From Flectonema sp. DT1601 (lineage: Eukaryota), in the NCBI GenBank assembly GCA_964019425.1, contig OZ025787.1, positions 1,116,001 to 1,180,000 on the forward strand: a stretch of 64,000 bases of DNA, written 5' to 3'. The notes beneath the pieces are model-generated. The model ran no database searches and was not told the origin of the DNA. It saw only the letters and a list, made by a program, of their open reading frames with translations. A program made the translations under genes and the position numbers. Shown piece by piece: positions 12,852-25,900 of the stretch. The stretch's first letter is position 1, and every line of letters begins with the position of its first letter.

Positions 12852-13234
12852 AGAAATAAACAATGTTATCATTGTTTTTTTTATCGATCGACTTTGTCGA
12901 TTACTTTCTATTTTCCGTCCTGGTCAGGACGCTAAACTGACTGTTTTTTCTTTAAAAAATAAATAAAAAGTTAAAAAAAAAAAAAAAAAGGAATAAACAA
13001 TGTTATCATTGTTTTTTTTATCGATCGACTATGTCGATTACTTTCTATTTTCCGTCCTGGTCAAGATGCTAAACTGATTGTTTTTTTTTTTAAAATAAAT
13101 AAAAAGAATATAAAAAAAAAAAATAAAAAAAAAAGAATAAACAATGTTATCATTGTTTCTTATCGATCGACTTTGTCGACTAATTTCTATTTTCCGTCCT
13201 GGTCAGGACGCTAAACTGATTGTTTTTTCTTTAA
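8620..13234 (+). repeat. ~140-bp satellite array (A-rich strand), interrupted by piggyBac A
   Basis: Unit gaataaacaatgttatcattgttt..atcgatcgactatgtcgatt..ccgtcctggtcaggacgctaaactga followed by an A-rich linker. Confidence 0.97.
8889..10627 (+). mobile_element. piggyBac DNA transposon A, internally deleted, with transposase pseudogene
   Basis: TTAA at 8885-8888 and 10628-10631. TIRs CCCATTAAGGACGGGGG / CCCATTACGGACGGGGG. Remnant motifs VTFDNFNSS, CVGTA*RNRKG, WRDSKDV, YTKTMGGVNLMD, KRWHLKVF and a C-terminal Cys-rich domain. Confidence 0.95.
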
Positions 13235-14962
13235 CCCTCTAATAAGAGGCCAAAAACCCTGTTTTTGAGAAAAATCGAAAAATTTGACAAAGGGGAAAAG
13301 GGGTGTGGGGAAAAATACAAAAAAATTACAGGGTGAAAGACACCCCCCCGCGCATTGAAAAAAAACTGAGGTCAGCCCGCAAGGGGGCCAAAATAACTTG
13401 AGAAAATGCAACAACAGCCTAAAAAAACACAGTTACTTAGGACCCCTGGGTTCGCTTTGATTTTGGCAATGTTGTAGGAGTAGAGTGCTTCCGTTTCATG
13501 TTTTTCGGTGGGATATGATTGTGCGTAGCAAAGGTATGGTTGTTGCAAACAGGGGCTGAATACTTGTCAATATTTTCGTGATATTGTTTGAAGCAGGGAT
13601 CCATGCATAAGAAAACCTCGCTTTTTGAACAAGAAATCGATGACCTTACTTTTTTTGAGAACAAATCCGTGAACTGCAGTCCCCAAAAATACCGAATTTT
13701 CGTAGGTAGTGACATTTTGTGTGAGTTTGGTGTGTTCCGTGATCAATAAGTTGAGAACATAGCCTCTTTTTGAACTGAGCATATGTCCCGACGTCTTTTT
13801 CAGACTTCTTTTGGAGGGTGAAAACATTGAAGATAGAAATCTCTAACAAGTAGTGAAAGACTTTCAGGGTCCAGCGTTTTGTCATCAGAGTTCTTCTTGC
13901 CTTCCCCCTGATACCGTCTACGAGGTCAACACCACCCATCAGTTTGTTGTACTGATGGATCTGTACCGGTAAGTCGATAGTCACTTTTTGATAGATATCC
14001 TTATTTTAGTCCATCACGTGGCTGTCTCATAATTCTCCTCGAGAGGCAATGTGCTGAAGACATGTACTTCTTTTGGATTGTCCCTGAATTTATGTGATGC
14101 ACATTGTGCTAGGACTGAAAGTACAAGGCAGAGAACTTCTCCACCCGTCCCTGCGCCTCCGCCTTATTGATCTCGGACTATTTGGGAACTATTGTTTCCC
14201 AAAAGCTGCGGATTTTGTAGAGCTTGTCAGTAGGTACGGGGTTGGTGACAGTGTAAAACTTTAGATTGGTTCGAATTTAGAGGAACCGATCTCAGGAAGC
14301 GAAGTGGGGTGTGTACGCTGGGTCTGATGTACCGTTCCTGTAATCTTAGGGTAATCTGAGATATTTGGCTTATCACAGAGACCCACGAGGATATTGAGTC
14401 CTAAAGAGAGTTTGAGTTCAGCTACGTTAAGATTGAGTGCCTAGTTGTTGCTGCAGTGCGAAATCATCTCATCACCTTTGGGGTGAACACAAGTTCAAAT
14501 TTCTGCAGTTCCTTCATCAATTTCAGGTCTGACATGTCCTGCAAGGACCGCCGAAACGTGTGTCGTCTTACCTTGGTGATTTTCTTGCTCCATTTCAGAG
14601 GGGAAATGCTTGGCTCTATTGTACTCTTTTCATCGCTCGAAGAAGACTCAGGAGCACCCGAATCTGGGATAGGTGACCCTACTGAATCATTTTCGATGGA
14701 AATAGTTTTAGGGATTTTAATTTTTGGCTGAAAACATGGGATAGTCATGGGCAACCTGGCTAAGACTGTTCCCAGTGCAGAAAAAAAAAAATGAACTTTT
14801 TCTCAGAAAAAGCTGGTGATTTTTGCAGCACGATCCCACATAAAATTTGTCGTTTTTGGGCAGCTCTGGCTCCACCCTTGTACTCACAAGGTACATTTTT
14901 CCCCTTTGTCAAAAAAAAAAAAACGCGAAAGGCCACTATAGTGGCCTTCAGGGCTTAAAGGG
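13235..14962 (-). mobile_element. piggyBac DNA transposon B, decayed, related to A
   Basis: TTAA-CCCTCTAA at 13231; the other end reads CCCTTTAA on the minus strand with no TTAA left. Minus-strand YNKLMGGVDLVD, KRWTLKVFHYLLEISIFN and CSKSEVFLCMDPCFKQYH. Confidence 0.9.
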
Positions 14963-15080
14963 CTGAAAAGCAAAAAAAAAATCTAAGTGAGAAACACTTA
15001 GCAGAAACAATTTGTAGCTAATTAAGCTAAGCTGAAAAAAAAACGCGAAAGGCCACTATAGTGGCCTTCAGGGCTTAAAG

Positions 15081-17386
15081 AGCTGAAAAGCAAAAAAAAA
15101 ATCTAAGTGAGAAACACTTAGCAGAAACAATTTGTAGCTAATTAAGCTGAAAATAAAAAAAATAAAAAATTTCTAAGTGAGAAATACTTAGCAACTTTTA
15201 GAACAAATATTTCAGTAAATAACCTGTAATGATTAAACCATTACAAGTTTGATGCCAAAACTGACAAGGACTGAGTTGAATTTCCAGGTGAGATTTGGAC
15301 TGTTAGCTTTTGGCTAAGGCCCTCCCTGAAGAGCAAGAACAAAAAAACTACCCACACCTGAAGAAAACATACACAAAGAACACACTGTAAGCTGTGTGTG
15401 TATTTTGTGTTTGTCACAACAGGAGAGAAAAGAAAGAATGTCAAGGTTGGTCACCTTGCCTATCAACGCACAACATTGGTGGTCTCTACTAGACCCTGAG
15501 TGATCCCACTGGATCTCTCATCGTTCATAGTACCCTGTGTGAAGTTATAAAATCAAAGGTAAACTATAAACTACAAATGACTTAGCCTGTTATTATTTAG
15601 AATTTTATTGTTATGTTCATTTTCTATCCCCTCTTCTATCCCTTTTGTTCAAAAAAAGCGATGAGATATTTCTCTCATTCATGCTAAGATGCACTCTGAA
15701 CTTTGATTTTTTGATCTGAGTGTGAGGGAATGACCTGTTAGTGCATTGGGCATAAGCTGTGCTGCAGTTTAGATGTCTTAGGTGTTAATAGGGGGTTCCT
15801 CTTAGCATTTTTTCTTTGTTACCACCTTATGATTTTCTTGAAGAAAAAAAATAGAAGTCATAATGGTGCTTCCCTCTGGAAGGGTTGTAAGCCATGGTGT
15901 CCAACTAAATTAAAGGACAAGTCTGGGATAATCCCTGCCAGAGGGGCGAGTATTCTACCATGGTTGAAATACTCTGGCAACTGATCTTCAATTTTATGTT
16001 GTTTGTTAGCTGCTGGTGTATCTTGATCATGTGTTGATACTTGCATTTTTTTTTTTATTTGTAATCTTTTGTTTTTGTTTATTTGTTTTTTCTTTAAAAA
16101 ATAAATAAAAAGATAAAAAAAATAAAAAAAAAAAGGAATAAACAATGTTATCATTGTTTTTTTATCGATCGACTATGTCGATTACTTTCTATTTTCCGTC
16201 CTGGTCAGGACGCTAAACTGACTGTTTTTTCTTTAAAAATAAATAAAAAGTTAAAAAAAAAAAAAAAAAAAAGGAATAAACAATGTTATCATTGTTTTTT
16301 TTTATCGATCGACTATGTCGACTAATTTCTATTTTCCGTCCTGGTCAGGACGCTAAACTGATTGTTTTTTCTTTAATTAATAAAAAGATAAAAAAAAAAA
16401 AAAAAAGGAATAAACAATGTTATCATTGTTTTTTTTATCGATCGACTATGTCGATTACTTTCTATTTTCCGTCCTGGTCAGGACGCTAAACTGACTGTTT
16501 TTTCTTTAAAAAATAAATAAAAAGTTAAAAAAAAAAAAAAAAAAAGGAATAAACAATGTTATCATTGTTTTTTTTATCGATCGACTATGTCGATTACTTT
16601 CTATTTTCCGTCCTGGTCAGGACGCTAAACTGACTGTTTTTTCTTTAAAAAATAAATAAAAAGTTAAAAAAAAAAAAAAAAAAAGGAATAAACAATGTTA
16701 TCATTGTTTTTTTTATCGATCGACTATGTCGATTACTTTCTATTTTCCGACCTGGTCAAGATGCTAAACTGATTGTTTTTTTTTTTAAAATAAATAAAAA
16801 AAATATAAAAAAAAAAAATAAAAAAAAAAGAATAAACAATGTTATCATTGTTTCTTATCGATCGACTTTGTCGACTAATTTCTATTTTCCGTCCTGGTCA
16901 GGACGCTAAACTGATTGTTTTTTCTTTAAAAATAAATAAAAGATATAAAAAAAAAAAAAAAAAAAAAAAAAAGGAATAAACAATGTTATCATTGTTTTTT
17001 TTTTATCGATCGACTTTGTCGACTAATTTCTATTTTCCGTCCTGGTCAAGACGCTAAACTGATTATTTTTTTCTTTAAAAAATAAATAAAAAGAATAAAA
17101 AAAAAAAAAAGAAAAATGAATAAACAATGTTATCATTGTTTCTTATCGATCGACTTTGTCGACTAATTTCTATTTTCCGTCCTGGTCAAGACGCTAAACT
17201 GATTATTTTTTTCTTTAAAAAATAAATAAAAAGAATAAAAAAAAAAAAAATAAAAAATAAAAAAAAAAATGAATAAACAATGTTATCATTGTTTCTTATC
17301 GATCGACTTTGTCGACTAATTTCTATTTTCCGTCCTGGTCAAGACGCTAAACTGATTGTTTTTTCTTTTAAAAAATAAATAAAAGA

Positions 17387-17421
<35 letters not shown>

Positions 17422-17815
17422 AATAAACAATGTTATCATTGTTTTTTTTATCGATCGACTTTGTCGATTACTTTCTATTTTCCGTCCTGGTCAGGACGCT
17501 AAACTGACTGTTTTTTCTTTAAAAAATAAATAAAAAGTTAAAAAAAAAAAAAAAAAGGAATAAACAATGTTATCATTGTTTTTTTTATCGATCGACTATG
17601 TCGATTACTTTCTATTTTCCGTCCTGGTCAAGATGCTAAACTGATTGTTTTTTTTTTTAAAATAAATAAAAAGAATATAAAAAAAAAAAATATAAAAAAA
17701 AGAATAAACAATGTTATCATTGTTTCTTATCGATCGACTTTGTCGACTAATTTCTATTTTCCGTCCTGGTCAGGACGCTAAACTGATTGTTTTTTCTTTA
17801 AAAATAAATAAAAGA

Positions 17816-17851
<36 letters not shown>

Positions 17852-18245
17852 AACAATGTTATCATTGTTTTTTTTTTATCGATCGACTTTGTCGACTAAT
17901 TTCTATTTTCCGTCCTGGTCAAGACGCTAAACTGATTGTTTTTTTTTTTTTAAAAATAAATAAAAAGAATATAAAAAAAAAAAAAAAAAAAAAAAATGAA
18001 TAAACAATGTTATCATTGTTTCTTATCGATCGACTTTGTCGACTAATTTCTATTTTCCGTCCTGGTCAGGACGCTAAACTGATTGTTTTTTCTTTAAAAA
18101 ATAAATAAAAAGATTTAAAAAAAAAAAAAAAAGGAATAAACAATGTTATCATTGTTTTTTTTATCGATCGACTATGTCGATTACTTTCTATTTTCCGTCC
18201 TGGTCAAGACGCTAAACTGATTGTTTTTTTTTTTTTAAAAATAAA
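15081..18245 (+). repeat. Segmental duplicate of 7592-13234 (R1 pieces plus ~140-bp satellite) that lacks piggyBac A
   Basis: Offset of 7488 bp (identical ORFs at 7753/15241 and 8370/15858); empty TTAA at 16373-16376. Confidence 0.92.
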
Positions 18246-20417
18246 CTCTCTTGTAGAGAGAAGCTGGAATCCAAGGAACTATGCGACGCCTATAAGGGAT
18301 TCAAGGAGAAGGCACTAACGACACAAGGCCTGCCGGACCTCGAAACCATCGCCACACGGAGGAGGCCCCTACTGAAAGTGATTCCAGTCCCCCTCCTGCA
18401 CCACTTCGCGAAGGCGCTGAAACTGACGTCAGATCTGGTAGCAGACTTAAATAGCGACCAAGCCTGGCGGCTGTTATTAATGCTCCCGGTCTGTACCCTG
18501 CGAAGAGTCCGTAGAAAGGGGGGCCGGATGACTGAATCAGCCTTGAACGGGGCGATAGATGACCTGACAGCATGGTCAAAGGGCAACTTCACGGAACTAT
18601 GGTCGGCGACCGGGACCGGGACCGCCAAGATTCAGACAAAAATGGCGCCGTCCCAGAAATCAAGAAATCGGAGGGCAACCGAGCTGGTAAGAGAAGGCCG
18701 CATATCGCAGGCGATATCAGCATTGAGCGCTCCACCGCCGGCAGAATACTCGGACGAAGTGCTGGAAAAACTAAGGACACTGCACCCGCCCAAGTCAGGA
18801 GAGTACCAGGAAGGCTCAGGGCCCGAATCTACAATAGACGAGGAGACGGTACTATCATGCCTGCGGTCCTTCCATAGAGGTTCGAGTGGGGGCCCCTCAG
18901 GTCTCACACCACAACAACTTAAAGATGCTGTTGATAGGGGGGAGGTCCCGGGCCTACTAGCCTCATTGACAAAGGTAGTGAAGCTCCTGGCAAACGGCCG
19001 AGCCCCAAGCACAATCGCCCCTCTCATGGCAGGAGCAAACCTGACCGCCATAGAGAAAGAAGGCAGACCAGGAGAATACCGGCCGATCGCAGTAGGTGAA
19101 ACCTGGAGGAGACTAACAGCGAAACACCTCTGTCGCCAATTCGCACGTGAGGCCAAAGTCCACCTTATGCAAGTATGCCAACTCGGAGTAGCGGTACCAG
19201 GGGGGACAGAAGCGGCCATCCATGCACTCCACGAGTTCAGATTCAAAAACCTCGGGGCGGAGAAGGTCTTCGTCAAAATAGACTTCTCGAACGCCTTCAA
19301 CTGCGTCCACCGTGGGGCGTTCATCGAGGCTACGACGGGCTCACAGCTCGAGAACTGGGTACGGTGGTGTTACGGTAAACAGTCGTGGTTACTATTCGGC
19401 AAACACGCCCTGTCCTCCGCTGAGGGTGCACAACAGGGAGACCCTTTGGGACCGATGCTGTTCTCATTAGCCTTGAAACCGGTGCTCTTGGAGGTGTTGA
19501 AAACCAGCCCGGAGTTCGCCTGTTTTTATTTGGACGACGGACTGATCGCGGGCTCATTAGAACAAGTGGATCAAGCCCTACGCACCCTAGACAGGGAATC
19601 GGCAAAGATAGGACTGTGCCTCAGGCCCGCCAAGTGCCAGACGTATGTCTTACAGGAGAGCCCAGTCGAGCTCCCGTCCGGCTGGGGATTGGAAGGCATG
19701 GGGAGCCCCCTCTTTAACGGGGACTTCCTAGGTTCACCTTTCGGATCGATCACACATGTCCGGAACTTCGTAACGCAGAAGGTCAGCAAGCTACAGGACA
19801 AGGCCCGTCTGATCGCAGGCATGGAAGACAGACAGGCAGCCCTAGTCCTACTTAGACAGTGCTCGGGCTTTTGCGAAGTCACACACCTGATGCGGAGCTG
19901 CTCATTCGATATAACGGAACAGCTGCAGATGGTAGATGAAGTCGTCAGGGGGACTGCCTCAGCGGTACTAGGACAGGGTCTGGAAGGCTCGAGATGGATC
20001 CAGGCGCAGCTTCCCACGCGGATGGGCGGACTCGGCCTCCGTTCATGCACAAAACACAGGAATGCCGCCCTTTTAGGTTCGCTAGGACTAGTAAAGGATA
20101 CCTGCGTAAGCCTTTGGCGAGACTACAAATGTGACCTAAGTTCGCAGATCCAAGAAACGCTGAACAAAGAACTGCCGGATAGCCTAAAGCTGGAGGGCAC
20201 ATATAACCCACAACGCTTCACCTCAGCCAGGCTAGACCAGGTCACACGGGACAAGCTGCTGGAGGAAGCGACGCCAACCGACAAGAAGAGACTCCTGTCT
20301 CTAACGATGCCGAAAGCGAGTGCGTGGCTACAGTGCCCGGATGAGGAGTGCTACATAGGCTCCGACATATTCCGTATCGCCTGCGGACTACGACTCGGGA
20401 CAGCTTTGTTCTCAGAA
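18246..20417 (+). mobile_element. CRE-clade non-LTR retrotransposon, reverse transcriptase region, 5'-truncated
   Basis: YRPIAVGE, QLGV, KIDFSNAFN, GAQQGDPLGPMLF, FYLDDG, GGLGL, GLRLG. The frame is open from 18246. Confidence 0.95.
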
Positions 20418-20721
20418 GTAATTGTCCTTCCATGCTTTGCACCTGTCGAAATAATAAAACTTAAAAACTACACACGCACCAATAACAAGCGATTACACTA
20501 GAACGCGCGATTGCAAGAAAACGTGAGTGTGAGAGAAAGAAGTGATCGAGCTGTATAAAGAATTTCTTTTTGAAAAAAAAATAGAAGGCTAAAGAATATA
20601 TAAAAATGTCTGCTGTTTCGTTCATTTTTCCAACTTCGGAATCATACACTTTTCTGTCTGATTCCTTTGATTATTTCTTTCCGGTGCTAAGCTTGGTGGA
20701 AAATTACCTGAATGAATTCTA
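20418..20721. mobile_element. ~300-bp AT-rich MITE-like insertion between RT and RLE
   Basis: Imperfect TIR: gtaattgtccttccatgctttgcacctg versus the reverse complement of 20681-20707 (gtaattttccaccaagcttagcaccgg). Removing 304 bp restores the frame. Confidence 0.75.
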
Positions 20722-21510
20722 GATGAGGCCTGCCGTGCTTGCAAAAAAACACAGGACGCGTACGGATACCACGCCTCTGTCTGTATCGACGGCGGGGATA
20801 TCCACCGCAGACACGATAAAGTGAGGGAAGAATTTATCGGCATCTGTCGTTCGGCGGGCTTGGCAACGATGAGGGAACCCAAATACCTCGTCGGATACAA
20901 CAAGCAGCGACCTGCAGACTGGTACTGCCCGCAAGGATTGAGCGAGGGAGTCGGACGGGCGTTTGACGTGACGATCGTCAACCCAGGGGCATCCAGGAAC
21001 TACAACAAGCCGGGCCAAGCAGCCAGTGATGCGGAAGCCGCAAAGTCAGGCAAGTACTCGACCTTATGTGCAAAGTACGGAATAAATTTTTCACCGATTG
21101 CCCTTGAAGTCTACGGAGGTTTAGGCCCACAAGCAGTGAGGACGCTAAGCCGACTGTCGCAGCTGCGCGCCCTTGTCACGACGTTACCCCTACGAGAAGT
21201 TGCAGGCCTGTATGCCAGGAGGGTCTCAACCCAAGTGGTGGTCTGCACTGCAGAAGCCCTCAGAGCAAGAGGAGCATCGCTCACACACCAAGCGACGTCA
21301 TCCGCAAGCAAGCTGCACACGCCACATACGCCGTCGGCACCGAACACATCCGATGACGTATCAATGTCCGCTTTGTCCCCACAACCTATGGATCCAACTC
21401 CAGACCCAACCACACCGCTTGCCGGAGGGAACGACTTGCCAGCGGAACCCGAGAGGGATTCAGCTACTAGGCCGACTACGAAGCCAGAGGAACACAGTAC
21501 GAACCTAGCA
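20722..21510 (+). mobile_element. CRE element Zn knuckle, restriction-like endonuclease and start of the Pro-rich linker
   Basis: CRAC...HASVC, RRHD, RPAD, FDVTIV, EAAKSGKY, FSPIALEVYGG. Confidence 0.93.
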
Positions 21511-22940
21511 TGTTCCGGTATGTGTTGCGTCTCTGTTATTTGTTTGTTTCAACTCAATTGGTTCATCTCAGGTTTTAGAAGTCTTCGTCCTGTTCGTTGG
21601 GAAGGGCCTGAATCAAAAGTTCACTGCCCCTATTCCTCTCCCAAATTTCTATTCAGCTTGCCACATGACTGTGTGACATTATTGCTACATTGTAGCTCCC
21701 CTACAAAAACCTTATTTTTTGCAGTTGTCTTTTGGTTGTAGCAACTTTTATTTTATGCTTTTCTAATGTCCCAAAGTTGGTTTATTTTACTTTTTTTTTC
21801 TGCAAGGGAACAGTCCAAAGCATAAGTCCGAACAGCCCTAAGGCCAGTGAACGCACTGATTGTTAGGTATTGTATTCCAGGGAAAGTTTGGTTTGTATAC
21901 TTTATTTTTATTTTATTTTATTTAATTTGTTAAAAGAAAACAGGTAACTTTACATGAGCATCGGCTCGAACGGCTCTGGCGAAGCGAGTGAACGAGTCTG
22001 ATTGCTGAGTATTGTATTCTGTTTTCTTGTTCTTTTTTTTAATTTATTTCAAACAGGGCAACAGGGGGAAAGTTTGGTTTGTATCCCCTGGGTGTTTAGC
22101 GTCACCTGTTGAGGTGTAATGTATTCTGTTTACTTCTATCCCTTTGTTTGTTTTTTTTTTTTTTTTTTTTTATTTCAAACAGGACAGCAGGGGGAAAGTT
22201 TGTTTCGTACCCCCCGGGTGCTTAGCGTCACCCTCCATGCGATGCTTGCGCAGGGAGAGCCAAGGGTCGAGAACCCTGGAGATTACCTTTGTTTCTTTTT
22301 GTGACTGGATTGCAGTGGCGCAACCCATCACCCCACCTGTTGGTATCTTTTTATTTTTTTTATTTAAAGAAAAAAGCAGGCTAAGTCGCCTGAGCTGGCA
22401 TCGCCAGAATATTTAACTTCACATGGCAATGTCAGCTCGTGAAGGGATCCAGTTGGATCAAAGGTTTTCTCCCCCCCCACTCTATTTATCGTCATTGGTG
22501 CGCACCTTCGAACAGGAAGGCCAACACTGACGGAATTTTTTACTTCTCTTCCCAGGGTTGAACCTTGGGAAAAAAACAAACAATAAACACAGTGTAGACA
22601 AACACCCGCCGGACATCTGCAGAGCAGCGATCGATGTCGATGTCTTCGTTGTCGAACTTCCTGGCGTTTATGTTTTTGTTTTTAACAACAGCACAACACC
22701 AACTAACAGGTTTGTCCCATTGCCCGTTCTTTCTTGTTTCCCTTTGCCGCCGGAAGAACGAAGGTCGACGGAGGTCCGAAGCATTGCTTGCGATGATGTT
22801 CCGGTATGTGTTGCGTCTCTGTTATTTGTTTGTTTCAACTCAATTGGTTCATCTCAGGTTTTAGAAGTCTTCGTCCTGTTCGTTGGGAAGGGCCTGAATC
22901 AAAAGTTCACTGCCCCTATTCCTCTCCCAAATTTCTATTC
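21511..22940 (+). mobile_element. Family D: 1286-bp unit plus a partial unit, head-to-tail, inserted in the CRE ORF
   Basis: 21511-21655 recurs at 22797-22941; inverted copies at 27513-29488. Removing it rejoins the CRE frame (NLA-TPLHKAEP). Confidence 0.88.
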
Positions 22941-23767
22941 ACTCCACTACACAAAGCCGAACCCACACCAGCCGCAGGCTACTCCTCTTTGCCAGCTGGC
23001 ACACAGAAGAACACTTCGACCGATTCAGCCACCGCTGCCCCGACCCCTCCTGGCCCAACCATATCTACCGGAGGTTTAGAGGTTCCGGAGTCCGGGTCGC
23101 GTCTGTCATCCAGTCCCCAAGGAGTGTCCACCGACCGCACGTTAGCTGTAGACAATGCCTCCGTGCCTGCTGGAGATCGATCCGAAGTCACCTTAGCCAC
23201 CGCTGCCCCTGCTCCTCCTGGCCCAACCATATCTACTGCCGGAGGTTTAGAGGTTCCGGAGTCCGGGTCACGTCTGTCATCCAGCCCCCAAGGAGTGTCC
23301 ACCGACCGCACGTTAGCTGTAGACAATGCCTCCGTGCCTTCTGGAGATCGATCCGAAGCCACCTTAGCCACCGCTGCCCCTGCTCCTCCTGGCCCAACCA
23401 TATCTATTGCCGGAGGTTTAGAGGTGCCGAAGTCCGGGTCGCGCCTATCATCCAGCCCCCAAGGAGTGTCCACCGACCGCACGTTAGCTGTAGACAATGC
23501 CTCCGTGCCTTCTGGAGATCGATCCGAAGCCGCCTTAGCCACCGCTGCCCCTGCACCTCCTGGCCCAACCATACCTATTGCCGGAGGTTTAGAGATATCG
23601 GAGTCTAGGCTGAGCCCGTCAAGTAGCCCACGTTTGCATGGGGAACCCGCACTAGCTGTAGACAACCTCCCTTCGACAGCGTCCCTTGGACGGATTGAAA
23701 TAACCCCGACTGTTCCAGCCACCGCCTACCCTATTCTTCCAGGCCCATCCATTTCTACCAGAGGTCG
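22941..23767 (+). repeat. CRE ORF continuation: 168-180-bp (56-60 aa) Pro/Ala/Ser-rich coding repeats
   Basis: gccaccgc anchors at 23028, 23196, 23367, 23538 and 23718; peptide ATAAPAPPGPTIS.AGGLEVPESG. Confidence 0.9.
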
Positions 23768-25900
23768 GAGTTGAATTTCCAGGTGAGATTTGGACTGTTA
23801 GCTTTTGGCTAAGGCCCTCCCTGAAGAGCAAGAACAAAAAAACTACTCACACCTGAAGAAAACATACACAAAGAACACACTGTAAGCTGTGTGTGTATTT
23901 TGTGTTTGTCACAACAGGAGAGAAAAGAAAGAATGTCAAGGTTGGTCACCTTGCCTATCAACGCACAACATTGGTGGTCTCTACTAGACCCTGAGTGATC
24001 CCACTGGATCTCTCATCGTTCATAGTACCCTGTGTGAAGTTATAAAATCAAAGGTAAACTATGAACTACAAATGACTTAGCCTGTTATTATAATGCCACA
24101 GGCAGGCCCTGCATTCAGCAACTATCCAGCAGTGCTTGGATGTCCTGATCTTCTTCTAAAAAAAAGAAAGAAAAACAAAACTGTAGCTGGGATCACTCAG
24201 GATCAACAGACTACCAATGCTACCTGTTGTACTTGCTCACTATGGGGGGTGATGCCAAACACCCAGAAGTACTTAACTACTTTCCTTCTTGCTGCCCAGG
24301 AGTTTCTGACCAGAACTAATAGAAAATAAAAAGTAGATGGGAAACAATAAAAAGTAAAATGGATATAACTGAAGTTAAACAAGACAAATGAGGTAACAGA
24401 CCAGAACAGATAGAGAATAAAAATAAAAGATATAGGCAAGAATGATTGTAGTGAAAGATTACAAATAAAAAAAATGCAAGATCAACACATGATCAAGATA
24501 CACCAGCAGCTAACAAACAACATAAAATTGAAGATCAGTTGCCAGAGTATTTCAACCATGGTAGAATACTCGCCCCTCTGGCAGGGATTATCCCAGACTT
24601 GTCCTTTAATCTAGTTGGACACCATGGCTTACAACCCTTCCAGAGGGAAGCACCATTATGACTTCTATTTTTTTTCTTCAAGAAAATCATAAGGTGGGAA
24701 CAAAGAAAAATGCTAAGAGGAACCCCCTATTAACACCTAAGACATCTAAACTGCAGCCCAGCCTATGCCCAATGCACTAACAGGTCATTCCCTCACACTC
24801 AGATCAAAAAATCAAAGTTCAGAGTGCATCTTAGCGTGAATGAGAGAATTTCCTCCCGCTTATTTTGAACAAAAGGGATAGGAGAAGGGATAGAAAACGA
24901 ACATAAAAATAAAATTCTAAGTGAGAAACACTTAGCAGAAACACTTAGCAGCTTTTAAGGAGCTGAAAAGCAAAAAAAAAATCTAAGTGAGAAACACTTA
25001 GTAGAAACAATTTGTAGCTAATTAAGCTGAAAATAAAAAAATAAAAAATTTCTAAGTGAGAAATACTTAGCAACTTTTAGAACAAATATTTCAGTAAATA
25101 ACCTGTAATGATTAAACCATTACAAGTTTGATGCCAAAACTGACAAGGACTGAGTTGAATTTCCAGGTGAGATTTGGACTGTTAGCTTTTGGCTAAGGCC
25201 CTCCCTGAAGAGCAAGAACAAAAAAACTACTCACACCTGAAGAAAACATACACAAAGAACACACTGTAAGCTGTGTGTGTATTTTGTGTTTGTCACAACA
25301 GGAGAGAAAAGAAAGAATGTCAAGGTTGGTCACCTTGCCTATCAACGCACAACATTGGTGGTCTCTACTAGACCCTGAGTGATCCCACTGGATCTCTCAT
25401 CGTTCATAGTACCCTGTGTGAAGTTATAAAATCAAAGGTAAACTATGAACTACAAATGACTTAGCCTGTTATTATAATGCCACAGGCAGGCCCTGCATTC
25501 AGCAACTATCCAGCAGTGCTTGGATGTCCTGATCTTCTTCTAAAAAAAAGAAAGAAAAACAAAACTGTAGCTGGGATCACTCAGGATCAACAGACTACCA
25601 ATGCTACCTGTTGTACTTGCTCACTATGGGGGGTGATGCCAAACACCCAGAAGTACTTAACTACTTTCCTTCTTGCTGCCCAGGAGTTTCTGACCAGAAC
25701 TAATAGAAAATAAAAAGTAGATGGGAAATAATAAAAAGTAAAATGGATATAACTGAAGTTAAACAAGACAAATGAGGTAACAGACCAGAACAGATAGAGA
25801 ATAAAAATAAAAGATATAGGCAAGAATGATTGTAGTGAAAGATTACAAATAAAAAAAATGCAAGATCAACACATGATCAAGATACACCAGCAGCTAACAA
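23768..25900 (-). mobile_element. Family R1: 1384-bp unit plus a partial unit, inserted in the CRE ORF
   Basis: R1 termini at 23773 and 25157. The flanks rejoin as STRGR-EVSKAELRPSISPQ, collinear with the coding repeat. No TSD seen. Confidence 0.9.

Noticed and set aside
8620..18245. CRISPR-like array of palindromic repeats
   Set aside because: The spacers are A-rich homopolymers rather than unique sequences, there are no cas genes, and the context is eukaryotic.
22979..23722. 247-aa minus-strand ORF and other antisense ORFs over CRE and HERO
   Set aside because: Shadows of the GC-rich coding strand.
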